From assembly GCF_018350175.1 (NCBI RefSeq), contig NC_058369.1, forward strand, positions 20,524,001 to 20,584,000: a stretch of 60,000 nucleotides of DNA. Direction: 5' to 3'. The stretch comes from Felis catus. Lineage: Eukaryota. The position numbers and the translations under genes are program-made. The notes under the pieces were generated by a model, which saw only the letters and a program-made list of their open reading frames with translations, did not search any database and was not told the DNA's origin. This document shows, in pieces, positions 26,595 through 39,129 of this stretch; positions within the stretch are counted from its first letter, which is position 1, and every line of letters starts with the position of its first letter.

Positions 26595-27458
26595 CTAAAG
26601 ACCTTATTTTTAAAGGGGGGAGGATTAGGAAAATAAACACTATAAAAATTTAACAATCATCTTTGATGAGGATAGTGGTGGCTGGGCATCCCCCATGGCT
26701 GGGTCTGCCCTTGTATGTACCAATAAAGGGTGTCTACACATTTGGCAGTTTCGTGGATTTGAGAAGGGACCACTTCCTTTCCTTTTTCCTTCTCCTTCCT
26801 CAGGCAAGTTGCTGCTTTTTCTAGCCCCTGACCCTAACTTTGTATTACCTTGATTCCTTTTAGTATGGGGCCAGGTTTTTTATGTCTTTGCATACAACAA
26901 ACAGGTCCCAGTTTTGTTCTGTTAGGTACTGGAATTTGGCTTATCACTATTTGACTTCTTTTCTCTCACAAAGCTGGTGCTCCATCATTTGGGCTTTCAG
27001 ACAGACTTAGGTTGGCAGTTCTTGGGTTGTGTCTCAGATCAGCTTCATCCCTCTGATCACTGTCTCTCTCTCTGAATGTCTCTGTCTCTCTGTCTGTCTC
27101 TGCCTCTCTCACACGCACGCATGCACACACAGTTGTAGATATGGCATGGATGTTCCTGTGTCATAATTGATAATCATAATGGTCCTATCGGTTCCCATTG
27201 CTGCGCTGACTCCGCCTGTTTTTTCCTCCCCACGACAGTGTCCACATCGCCACATTAGCAGGGCTCATCATCCCCTTTTCTCTACCCTTCCCCTTCCCCT
27301 CTTCTCTCCTCCATTATGCTCAGATAACATTCCCCATGCTTTTTGCCTCTCTGTTCTCTCAAACTCCTGTCTGAATTAGGACTCCTTCAGTTGCAAATGA
27401 CAGAAAACTGACTTGGCTTAAGCAAGAGACTTTACCGCTTCACTTAAAACTTACGGGG

Positions 27459-27865
27459 TGTATTAGTTTATGTGGCTGCTGCAACAAATTACCACAAACA
27501 TGGGAGCTTAAAACAACAGAAATTTGTTCTCTCGCAGTTCTGTAGGCTGGAGTCTGAAATCAAGGTAATCAGGAGAGCCATACTCCCCCAACAAGCTCTA
27601 GAGAATTCCTTCCTTGCCTCTTCCAGCTTCTGCTGTGACCTCTGCCGTGACCTCTGCCTGCATCCTGACATCGCCTTCCCTTTTGTGTCTCTCTCAAAAC
27701 TCCCTCTGCACCTCTCTGATGAAGTGTGCGTGTGATCGCATTATCCCATATAATCCAGGATAAGCCCCTCCTCACTACACCCTTCACTTAATCCCATCTT
27801 TTACGGTAGGAGGTCACTTTCCCAAGTTCCAGAGATTTGATGTGGTTATCTTTTGGAGGCCCATT
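27459..27865 (-). mobile_element. MLT1-type (ERVL-MaLR) LTR
   Basis: 'tgtattagttt...aacaaattaccacaaac...cttaaaacaacagaaattt...cagttctgtaggctggagtctgaaatcaagg'. Confidence 0.75.
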
Positions 27866-28049
27866 TTTCAAGGGGCAGATGTGGCTCAAGCTGCAGCTAG
27901 ATTCAGGACCCCAGACAGTATTACCGGGTCCCTCCTTGATTCCTGTTTTATCTGTCTGGTCTGCAAAGCTAGGTGGAGCTTAAAATAGAGAATGCCATGA
28001 CATAGGAAACCCTAGCCTACCTCATGCTCAGTCAACCTGATGGCCACTT

Positions 28050-28422
28050 ATGGAAATCTATCACATAGAAGAGGGCCTGGGTCGAGGCCACCCTAAGCCT
28101 CTGCTCCTGATGACAGATCTGGCAAATCTCCTCTCTGAAATAGACCCTAGGGTTCAGGCTCACTGGGATGGGAATAGAGACAGGGAACATGTTCTAACAC
28201 GTGTCCCCAGGGAGTATAGAAATTGGGCTTTATTTTTCTGCCTCCCTTGCCCAGGCATCTCCACTCAGGGTAGGACAACAGAGTCTGGCTATAGCCAGAG
28301 CCAGCAGGGAAGGTCAGAGCAAGAGCCGAGAAGCAGCATCTGTGCGTGCAGCCTCCCTCCCCAGGGGCTGAGTGACAAAGCATTCCTCCCTTCTGCTGGC
28401 CACTTCCTGGGAAAACCAGGCA
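28050..28422 (-). repeat. Copy 2 of the inverted duplication of the IQCF6 3' flank
   Basis: Reverse complement aligns to 3582-4352 with a gap of about 154 nt; AATAAA retained (tttatt at 28229-28234). Confidence 0.85.
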
Positions 28423-28549
28423 TGGAAGCCATAAAACAGTATCGCGATAAGTCCAGGCATATTAGAAGCTATGATAAATGTAATCTGCAGTATTCATCTA
28501 TTAAAAATACAGAGTTTCTTACTGGATCAAAAGACACCTGTATTTTGTT

Positions 28550-30327
28550 GCCCGCTCTGCGCCTGAGCTGTTGCTAGCCGCGCGCACTCCCCTCTGCTCT
28601 CCCATGGGCCAGCAGGTGGTGGGGGGGTAAGGTGAGCCCACCGCTCACCTTACATGGGCAGGTGCTGCAGAGGGAGGGCCAGATCCGGGCTGAGCGAGGC
28701 CTTGCACTTGACAGGTGAGCGCCGAGGTTGAGAAAATGGATTCCAGTGAACCGGAGACCCGGACAATGGAAACGAAGGGAGACCAAAGGAGTGTTTGAAA
28801 ATCTCCTTCCAGACAAACTTGTGTTGCTTCTGGAGTATCCCTTGGAGCAGAAGACTCTGAACCCCGAACTCTGCAAAGCCTGGAGAAGACATACCACCTA
28901 CCCCAGCAGGACACAGAGGTTCACCAGGGGTGGTGTGAACTCATTGTTAGGCACAAATACACAAAAGCTTACCAAGATGTGGAGAGATTCTTCCATGAGG
29001 TTCAGGCCATGGGCATATACATGTACTGGGGAGCTGATGGTGAGTGAGGATGCCAGACAGTCGCAGGTCACCCGCAGGTGCTTTGAGCTGACCAAGGAGC
29101 AGGTGGACAGATCCTCAGCCGAGGTGGTGGCTGAGATGTTGTTCTGAAGAGGAAAGATCACAGTTCATGCATCTACCCTAGGTCTGGTGGGAGCAGGATG
29201 GCAATGACCCTGGACATCAAAGAAAGGGTCATGGGGCTGCTATAGCCAGCAACTAGTAGCAGCATCCAGGTCTTGGTGCTTCTCCTTCCAGAGGCTTCTC
29301 TCCCTAGAGCTCAGCTACTGCATGGTGCCTTTGCCCCCTGCCCCGAACTTGCCACCTCAAGATACTGAATCTGAACTGGATCTCTTCTGTTAAGGCAGTT
29401 CTTTCACACAGATGATGAAAGCTGTCAGAGATACATCAGAAAACCTGCTGAACATTTTGCATGGATCCCCTCAGCATATGGCTGCACTAGATATTTCTAG
29501 AATTCCAGGAAGTCACAGAGATTCTGTATACTGGGACTGGTGAACACCATTTGATATTCTTCTCTGGGTCATTTCAGAAAGATTCTGCAGAATTATTTTG
29601 ATGGATAGGTCTGTTGTTTAGATTTTTCCAAAACTTTTAAACCCTTGCTAAAAGGGCAGGGTAAGAATCCAAGATGTATTGATAATGAAACATAGTGGAT
29701 TACTATTTTTATATTCCTGTGTGCTTCTGAATTTAATACCGTTTTAAAAAAGAGAAGAATGGTGTTACCCAAGAGGTATCCTCTGCAAGCTGGTTCTGTC
29801 CCTCTCCCGCCCACCAGTCTCCTTGTCACTTTCCTGGATGGTTCCAGGAGCATGAAGGGTGTGCTCCTGCCCTGATGAGGCACAGCGGGAGCCTGTGGGG
29901 CTGTCACCCCTTCCCCGAGCACACATACAAGGAAACCAAGCTTCCCAGCATGTCCGGAAGGAGGATGGTGTGAAACCATGAGAGGGAGGCCGTAGTGGTC
30001 TGTGCAGTCCTGAGATTGTGCCGTGGGCTGCAATGAATGAGAGTGGTTTGGAGCCTGGTTCCAGGCTGTGTTCACCTGGCTCTGCATCTGGCCTGTGGGG
30101 GTAAGTGTGGCTTTAACACATTCCATCATTAGAAGCTCTTGGTCAGAATTCTCTACTGGTGACTGTTATTCTAGAAGGTTTACTGGGGGGGGGGGGGGGG
30201 GAGGTGCTGCTCTTCACTGTTACATGTGCTCTACGTATGACTGTATGTGCTTTGTTTACAAATCCTTTGGTACAAGAATCAAATTTTGATTTTTGAATTT
30301 TAATAAATGCAAGAATGCTGAAAAAAA
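28550..30327 (+). pseudogene. AOPEP: Processed pseudogene of aminopeptidase O (C-terminal coding exons plus 3'UTR)
   Basis: Translations KWIPVNRRPGQWKRRETKGVFENLLPDKLVLLLE..., RTLQSLEKTYHLPQQDTEVHQGWCELIVRHKYTKAY... and GELMVSEDARQ...KEQVDRSSAEVVAEMLF* match the recalled AOPEP C-terminus. The copy is intronless and frameshifted, has AATAAA at 30302-30307 and an A tail at 30321-30327, and carries TSD aaaagacacctgtattttgtt (28529-28549) / aaaagacaactgtattttgtt (30324-30344). Confidence 0.9.
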
Positions 30328-30625
30328 GACAACTGTATTTTGTTAACAAAACGCGATGGAAGTTGAAAATAAGGCAGTGGATAAAAATATAGCAGGGGTT
30401 CAACTTGTTAAAATCACTGTGTTGTACACCTGAAACTAATTTAACCTTGTGTATCAATGTACTTAGATTTAAAAACACACAAATGATCCAGGAAAGACTT
30501 CCACTTCTGATAATGCTGTGATAAGTAATTAGGATTAATCCATTTCCTGAGAATAACTGGAAGAACTGATCAAAATATATATTTTTTTAAATTTCTGCTT
30601 GAATGGATTGAAAAGTAACAATATA

Positions 30626-30840
30626 GGAGCTCCTGGGTGGCTCTGTCCATTAAGCATCCGACTTTGGCTCAGGTCATGATCTCATGGTTCGTGGGTTTGA
30701 GTCCCATGTCAGGTTCTGCGCTGACAGCTCAGAGCCTGGAGCATGCTTTGGATTCTGTGTCTGCCTCTCTCTCTCTGCCCCTCCCTCGCTTATGCTCTCT
30801 CTCTCAAAAATAAATAGACTTTTAAAAAAAGGAAAAAAAT
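30626..30840 (+). mobile_element. Can-SINE
   Basis: TSD taacaatata. Confidence 0.88.
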
Positions 30841-31099
30841 TAACAATATAGTAAAAAATTTCTGGGCCGTGATCTAAACTAAGAAAGAAATTAAAAGATG
30901 CAAGCCTGGCATTTGGGGGTTGTCCAACACCTATATCTCCAAGCAGATGCTTCCCGTGCCTTCCATGTGTCCCTCCCACCTCTGCCTGAATCTTCCAGCC
31001 TACACCTGTCTTCCCCAACCCCCTCATCCTGTTAACTTCACACTAACACCTTCCAACCTTAGATGGCCTCCTCTCTACATACCCCCTTTTTGTGGCTTT

Positions 31100-31790
31100 A
31101 TTAAGTGCTTCTTAATAGAGTTTGATGAGTTTTCATAATTCTGTATTCCCTGATAACCACCATCCAAAATAAGATAAACAAATTTCTCTTTCTTTGTGCT
31201 GTTTGCAGGCAACACTTCTTACATTTTACCCCCAGATGTCAACTCCATTCTGAATTATCTTACCTACGGTTTAGTTTTGCCTGTTTTCTAACTTTATATA
31301 AATGGAATCATCATGTGAATGCTCTTTGATGTCTTTCATTTAGCATAATGTTTTTTGAGATTGATCTGTTATCGTGTGTATCAGTAGTTTGTTCACTTTT
31401 ATTACCATCTATTATTTCATTAAATGAATATACCACAATTTCTTTGTCTCGTCACCTGTTGGTAAACACTAGGGTTGTTTCCAACGTTGACCTCTTTGAA
31501 TAAAGTTGCTATGAACAGGCACACACAGCTCTTTTGCAGACATGTGTTTTCATTTCTCTTGTATAAATACCTATGAGTAGAACTGCAGAGTTATAGGGTG
31601 GATATATGGTTAACTTCATTAGAAACTGCCAAACCCCTTTCCAAAGTGCTATTTCTTACCTTCCCACCAGCAGTGTTATTAGAGATTCAACTGCTGTGTG
31701 TCTTTGCCATTGGGTATCTTTTCGTGTGCTTCCCAGCCATTCATAAACCTTTTGTGAAGCATTTAAGATTTTGCTCCAAACTCCTTGTTT
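31100..31790 (-). mobile_element. Old antisense L1 3' fragment
   Basis: 'tatataaatggaatcat', 'gaatataccacaattt', 'agaaactgccaaac'. Confidence 0.7.
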
Positions 31791-32047
31791 CTAATGCTTA
31801 TTTGGTTCCATTATTTGTTTGAACTGAAATGCGTGTAATTGAATTCTCTATTAATAAATGTTTAAATTGTCTCAACTTTATGTTTTTACCAACTAGCCAG
31901 AAATGACTGTCTCTATATACACTTTGGTGCCAGTGGGCCAGTATTTTCAGTGTGCTGCCTTTTTAGCCGCATTTTGGGCATTTGGCATAGGAAAGAGTGG
32001 GAGGATTTCGACATTTTCACCAAAACAAACTCTATATCTGGAACCAT

Positions 32048-32110
32048 CCTGGTGCCTGAGTCATAGGTGCACTTATGACATCATAACCCTGTCTCCTTCT
32101 TCCCTCTTCC
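32048..32110 (+). promoter_or_regulatory. IQCF4-like promoter module: TGAGTCA (32057-32063) and CRE-like TGACATCA (32076-32083)
   Basis: The block is homologous to the sequence upstream of IQCF3 (43999-44060). Confidence 0.55.
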
Positions 32111-32229
32111 TGCCGGGCTGTGGCTGGGAGAGCACAGACCTGGGGGCAGTGAAAACATTGAGCTCCTAATCATGGGGAATTTAGGGGATTGCAGACTGGA
32201 GGGGATTTGAACCATTTATGTCCCAAGTC

Positions 32230-32247
32230 ATGGGCATTTGGTTTTGT
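32230..32247 (+). CDS. IQCF4: IQCF4-like coding exon 1 (MGIWFC)
   Basis: gtcATGG start, 18 nt, GTAAGA donor; same layout as exon 1 of IQCF3 and IQCF2. Confidence 0.8.
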
Positions 32248-32428
32248 GTAAGAGAGAGCCACCCAAAGTTACAGTCAGGGGAAGGTGGATTTGCACAGTT
32301 AACTCAGGGTGCCAGTCCTACATTTAGGGTCTCTGGGCAAGGCAGGAGGTTGAGTGTTTGGTGGATTTGGCACAAAGTTGTACAAAGAGCACCTACCGAT
32401 ACCTTTCCCCTCTAAACTCTGATTACAG

Positions 32429-32551
32429 AAGGATGGCCAGTTTTGTGAAATCACAATAGAAGAAGACATTGATGAAACCAGATCAATGAAGAAAAAAGAG
32501 AAAAAGAAAAAAATACAGTCTTCACCCACACCGCCACCCCCTCCACCAAAG
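32429..32551 (+). CDS. IQCF4: IQCF4-like coding exon 2 (KDGQFCEITIEEDIDETRSMKKKEKKKKIQSSPTPPPPPPK)
   Basis: Acceptor ctctgattacAG, donor GTGAGT, 123 nt, phase 0 and stop-free. Confidence 0.8.
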
Positions 32552-33432
32552 GTGAGTGAGAGGTCCTCAAAGTTGAAGGTTAACTCCTAGTTGCAGCATC
32601 TCTGACCTGAGTCACTCAACAGTCATGGGTTGTCCTCTCTGTGCCCCATAGCATGGCATGATCCTGGAATTTGTCATCTGAACTAGGATCCACAGGTGAA
32701 AGATAGTGGTATCAATTATTCCTCAGGAACAATAAACATAACCCCAGAACGTCCCTGGGCAACCAGGATGAATGGTTGGCCTATCCCAAGCTGGAGTGAG
32801 TAGGGATGGGCTCATCCTTGATTATCTTCCCCTCTTAGTTCCTTCTCAGTCAGAGAAATGTGGGTGACTGAGGCACGGAGACTTGGTTGTAGGGAGGGGA
32901 ACAAGTGGGGATCAGACCATGTCAAGCTGGGGAGTGGAATGGTGAGCCAGTGTAAGGAAGGCATTGCCACGAACAGGGAGAGCTGAGTGTAGTACTGTGT
33001 GGGAGCACGTGTGTGTGTGTATGTGCACACATGTGTGCATGTATGCATGCTAACTAAAGTTAAGGGTGTGAGAACCAAGAAGAGTGAAAGTGAGAAATGA
33101 GTAAGACTCATTCTCACTCAGTAAGGACTCCAGACCATGTGGAGCAAGGAAACTTCTATACTGTGACTTCCCTGAGGGACACAGCAGTTTGTGGGTTGAG
33201 CTGGAGTCAGGCATGAAAGGTGAGCAAAGGATGCCACTTCTCCAGCCTCCAAGTGGGATGTAAGGGAAAGGATATTGTACCCCAGGTAGGTGGCCAGGCC
33301 CATGTGCAACACGATACATGATGTACTGGTTCCAGGCTGGCCAACGAGGTCCATGTCACCACGTGGCAGCTAGGACGTATAAGGACCCTGAGATGCAGGG
33401 GACAGACAGTGTGCCATGTCCAGGTCCATTAA

Positions 33433-34056
<624 letters not shown>

Positions 34057-34419
34057 TCAGGTCTGCTCCAACTCTGTGTCACCAGATCTCTGTCACAAGC
34101 TCCAGGAGGTCCTGTGTCAGCAGAGGGTCAGGGAAAATGATGGCAGATACCGGGCATGTCACGGTCAGCTCTGAGGAAGTGGCAGAGGTCATCTGGGGTC
34201 CCTTGTGGAAAAGGATTCTAACTACCAGGTTCTGGGTGAGGGGGATCTGTAATTGATTAGCAATGTCTGCCATGGGTAGGAGAGTTGGGGATGCAGGGCC
34301 ACCAACTCCACCAACTCCAAGGAGACTCCTTCACACTGTGGTCCATATAAATGGCACCTCCTGTAGTTATGCCACATGGAGGTTGTGTCCCCTGATGCCC
34401 TTAATTCTTCCATGTCTTC

Positions 34420-34880
34420 CCATTAAATGTAGAACAATTCAAAAAGCCCTCCCATGGTCTAGATAAGCCTGCAGGGTCTGGCCCTGACCACGTCGCCCTC
34501 TCCATGTCCTCCTTGGCCCACCCTGCTATTCAGACCTCCCCCGCACATTCCCATCTCAGCCGTTTGCACCTGCAGCCTCCTCTCCTTGGATGCTCTTACC
34601 AGGTTGAGCTCCCCCTCCGTTCAGGTGTGTCTCCGTTCAGGTGCTCCACTCTCTCCCCTCAAGGAGACCTTCTTTGACCACCTTATTGAAATGCCTTCCC
34701 CACCTTACTGTACGCTCTAGCTCCTGACTCTGCTTTCCTCTTTTCAAAGTTCCCATCACTACCCAAGGTTATCTTGCCTCATTTTCTATTTTCTGTTGCC
34801 CCCACTAGAGGATGAGCTTCAGGAGGTCAGGAGAATAAGGACTCTGGGTTCAAATCTGTGTTCCCAGAACCTAGGTCAGT
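34420..34880 (+). mobile_element. L2 fragment
   Basis: 'tttgcacctgcagcctcctctccttggatgctctt...cccccactagaggatgagcttcaggagg'. Confidence 0.6.
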
Positions 34881-34914
34881 AGGTTCTGTTTCTTCATCTC
34901 TCTCCCTTTCCAAT

Positions 34915-35456
34915 ATGTTATTGTATGTATATTTTAGGTTTTGTGTATCATGTCATTTTGTCATCTTTAAAAAAAAAAAAGTCCCTTTCTGGGTTGGGAG
35001 ACACTGCCCCGCCCAGGTCTAGCCAGTTAGTTCTTAGAGATAGCTAAGGACTCATCCCAGAGCACGCCTTTCATCTGCAAGCTAACCTATTCAGGGAGGT
35101 ACCTCCTTTCTCTCTGTCCTCTACACCCCAGAGGGCTGTATTTCTCTGCCTTAATTATCCCAAGCCAGGTACTAGGCACCTGCCCACCCCCAACAGCTTA
35201 GGGGCCACAGAAAACACTCAAACCAGTCCATTCTAAACTGTTACCCTTTCCTGCCTTGCCTTTCCCACTCCGACATAGGCCATGGGAAAAGTTTTTCCCT
35301 CATCCTTGTCTTCTGCCACCTGACAAAAACCTGATGACCCTGTGTGACATGCGATGACCTCTTCTTTGAGACATTGAAGTATAATAAACTTTATTTTGTG
35401 CTTCTATTTTCTTGCAGCTGCACCTGACTGATCATCACATGAAAGAACACAAAACA
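34915..35456 (+). mobile_element. ERVL LTR of the MER74/MER73/MER88 group
   Basis: 'actgccccgcccaggtctagccag...tagagatagc...cctttcatctgcaagctaacc' resembles recalled MER74; AATAAA near the 3' end. Confidence 0.6.
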
Positions 35457-35459
35457 TGA

Positions 35460-36860
35460 ATATAATTTAAGTAAAATTCACATAACCATTTTTAGATTAG
35501 CCATATAATATTAACGATTAATATAAGACTAAAAATTCAGTGGCCTTTAGTACCTTCGCCATGTTAAGCAACCACTGTCTTCTGTATCAAGTTCTAAAAC
35601 ATTTTCATGGTCCTAAAAGAAAATCCTGTACCCATTAAGGGGCACCTGGGTGGCTCAGTCAGCTAAGCATCTGACTCTTTATTTTGACTCAGGTCACGAT
35701 CTCATGGTTGTGAAATCGAGCCCCACATCGGGCTCCGTGCCTAGCATGAAGACTGCTTGGGATTCTCTCTCCCTCTCCCTGCCTCTCTGCCCCCTCCCAC
35801 TCACACACACTCTCTCTCTCAAAATAAATACATAAACATTAAAAAAAAAAAGAAGGAAAACCAAAGAAAGGGTTCCTGGGTGGCTCAGTCCGTTAAACGT
35901 CCGGCTGCTCAGTCATGATCTCGCAGTTCATGGATTTGAGTCCTGCTTCGGGCTCTGTGCTGACAGCTCAGAACCTGGAGCCTGCCCCTCCCATGCTCAT
36001 GCTCTGTCTCTCCCTCTCTCTCAAAAATAAACATTAAAATTTTTTTAAATAAATAAACATTGAAAATAATTTTTAAAAAAGAGAAGAAAACCTTATACTC
36101 ATTAAGCGTTAGTTCCCTGGTAGCCCGTCCTCCTGCCAGTGGCAACTGCCAATCTGCATTCTGTCTCCATTAAGTTTACCTACTCTGGACTTTTCATATA
36201 AATGGAATAATAAAATATTTTGTCTGGTTTCTTACACTTCCTATGGTTTTGAGGCTCATCCACACCATAGTGTGTATCAGTACTTCATGACTTTTTATAG
36301 CTGATTAACATTGTGTGTCTATACCAGCTTTTGTTTATCCACTCATTTTTTTTAACTTTTTAAAAAATCTATTTATTTTGAGGCAGAGGGCAGGAAGGGG
36401 CAGAGAGACAGGAAGAGAGAGAATTCCAAGCAAGCTCCACACTGTCAGCACTGAGCCCCATGTGGGGCTCGAACTCACGAACCTCAAGACCATGACCTAA
36501 GCGGAAACCAAGAGCTGGACGCCCAACTGATGGAGCCACCCAGGAACCCCATTCCACTCATCTTTTGATAGATATTTGGATTGTGTGCACCTTTTGGCTA
36601 CGTGAATAATGTCACTACAAATATTTAGCCACTACACAACATTACATTCCCACCAATGGGGTACAGGGTTCTAATTTTTCTACATCTTTTCTGACACTTT
36701 TTTTTCATTTTTGCAAATTCTAGCCAACCCAGTGAGTGGGAAGTGGTATCTCATTGCAGTCTGATTTACATTTCCCTCATGATGAATGATGTTGGGCATC
36801 TTCTTGTGCCTTTTGGTCATTTGTCCACCTCTGGAGAAGAGTCTGTTCAAGCTTTGAGAA
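35460..36860 (-). mobile_element. Antisense L1 3' fragment with SINEs (35639-35850 +, 35870-36080 +, 36345-36550 -)
   Basis: L1 3' motifs and three SINE bodies. Confidence 0.75.
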
Positions 36861-37499
36861 ACTTTTCATTAGGTTGTGGCTGTCTTTTTGCAGTTTCAAT
36901 AAACATTTATGTAATGAATGAATACACAATCCTACCAAGACTTGAATTTGTGGCTTCACCATGGTTCACAGCCTATTTTCTGGAAACAGCTGCCACCATC
37001 CCTGAATGAATCTCTCAGACAACCATCCTAGGTCCTTTATACCCAGTTGACATGTTATTCTAGGATTTTTGGAATTATCATGTCTCTCTGGCAATGCTTC
37101 CATGTGTGTATTTGTGTGTGTATATATGGGCAATGGAAGGAGGATCTATTGGTCTCGCCATTTCATCTACAGATACTGCTCTCTCTGTTGGTTTTCATCT
37201 CTCTATGTGTCTCGGTCTATCCCTCATAATTCTGTCTCTCATTATATCTATAATCTGTTCCTCAGTATCTTTCTCCCCCAGTCTGGGCCTCCCTCTGTCC
37301 TACACATTTCATGATGTCATGTCTCCTTGTCTCTGTTTTTCAATTCACTGGATTTTCTGGATCTGTACCTTTCTGGTAGAGATCATTAATAGCTAACCTG
37401 CCTTAGATGTATTTCTTCTCTTCTAGGTCTTGCTTACCCCTTATCCCTAACAGCCCCTCAAAGATGAGATGGAGAAGTCTCATGGAGGGTACCGATATG

Positions 37500-37910
37500 G
37501 TTGCTCCTGGATGATGGAGGCATGCACCTAACCTAAACTCAGCCTAGGACGTGCAAGTACTTAGAAATGTCAGAATATTTTATGCATGTGGCCACAGCGA
37601 TTGGTTCAGGAATGAGTGCATGACATAAGTCAGGCCATTGAGTCTCTGTTGTGGTGCTGTATTGAAACTCCTAGGATTACCAACTATAAGGATTATGAAA
37701 CCGGAGCTGCTAGGGGCACCACATGGAAATAGCTGAGAATGGAACTGACACAGAGTAAAGTGGATCCATCGGTTGCCAAGAGAAAGACTAAGCCATGAGG
37801 ATTCCTTTGGGCCTCTGGAGCCAGCCATGCCTGAAGCTACAACTACCTATACTATGGGAATTCATTTTGTGAGCCAATAAACCTTCATTTTCACTTATGT
37901 CAGTTTGTTA
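37500..37910 (+). mobile_element. Old MLT1-type LTR
   Basis: 'gattggttcagg...ccagccatgcctgaagct...gtgagccaataaa'. Confidence 0.6.
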
Positions 37911-37977
37911 AAACAGCAAAAAAAAAAAAAAAAAAAAATCTCACTAGATTGATAAACATTTAAATATTACTCAGGGA

Positions 37978-38620
37978 TCAAAAAGAATGAAATCTTGCCA
38001 TTTGCAACAATGTGGATAGAGCTAGAGTGTAGTATGCTAAGCGAAATAAGTCAGAGAAAGACAAATATCATATGATTTCACTCATATGTGGAACTTAGGA
38101 AACAAAAGGAAGTGCCTGGGTGGCTCAGTTGGTTAAGTGTCCAACTTCTGCTCAGGTTATGATCCCATGGCCGGTGGGTTTGAACCCCACGTTGGGCTCT
38201 GTGCTGACAGCTCGGAGGTTGGAGCCTGCTTCAGATTCTGTGTCTCCCTCTCTCTTTGCCTCTCCTCTGCTCGTGCTCTGTCTCTCTCTCTCAAAAATAA
38301 ACATTAAAAAATTTTTAAATAAAAAAAAGAAAACAGGTGAATATAGGGGAAGAGAAGGAAAAATAAAATAAGATAAAAACAGAGAAGGAGGCAGACCATA
38401 AGAGACTCTTAAATACAGAGAACAAACTGAGGGCAGCTGGAGGGGAGGTGCCTGGGGAGATAGGCTAAATGGGTGATGGGCATTAAGGAAGATATTTGTT
38501 GGGATGAACACTGGGTGTTACATGTAAGTGATGAATCACTAAATTCTACTCCTGAAACCACTGCTACACTATATATTAACTAACTTGAATTTAAATTTTT
38601 AAAAAAGACTTAAATAAAAT
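37978..38620 (+). mobile_element. Carnivore L1 3' end with a SINE (38109-38335)
   Basis: 'gaatgaaatcttgccatttgcaacaatgtgga...gatgaatcactaaattctactcctgaaacc'. Confidence 0.85.
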
Positions 38621-39129
38621 GTAAGGCCAAAAAAAATTAAAAGAGATTGAATTTGATGTGAACTGCTTCTCAGAAAGTGGTTTTCAAAAATTAGTTTTTG
38701 AGTTAGAAACCTGACAGAAGGTGTGCCTAGGGAATTCTCAAGTAAGTGTGGGGTTATCTCTCATTTAATGAACCCAGTTCTTCTAATGCTGTGTAGTGTG
38801 GTGAAAAGGGAAAGTGCTATAGATTGATGGGTAAATCAGCTAATTATCTAGAATCAGAATGAATGAATGTGAATCTAATCATGGATTGGTCACCTATGAG
38901 CCAAATGTGGAGTCTTTAGCCTAGTTCAACAAGTCAGCAGGCAGGAGTCATGGGCAACCATCAGCCGTTCATGAAACAACTGTGTTAGGAATGAATAGAA
39001 TTGTCAGGTCCTTCTCTTGCCTCACTCGACTTACACAAAGCACGTGTGCAGTCTTCACTTCTAGGATAACCTCTGAGCTGTGTCTCTTAAAGAAAGTGGA
39101 CATCCTATTATATGTGTTGGATCGAAATA

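Noticed and set aside
28050..28577. 175-aa ORF
   Set aside because: It runs across the inverted duplicate, unique spacer and the retrocopy TSD, so it is a chance composite.
29593..30129. 178-aa minus-strand ORF
   Set aside because: Antisense to the AOPEP retrocopy 3'UTR, with no protein similarity recognised.
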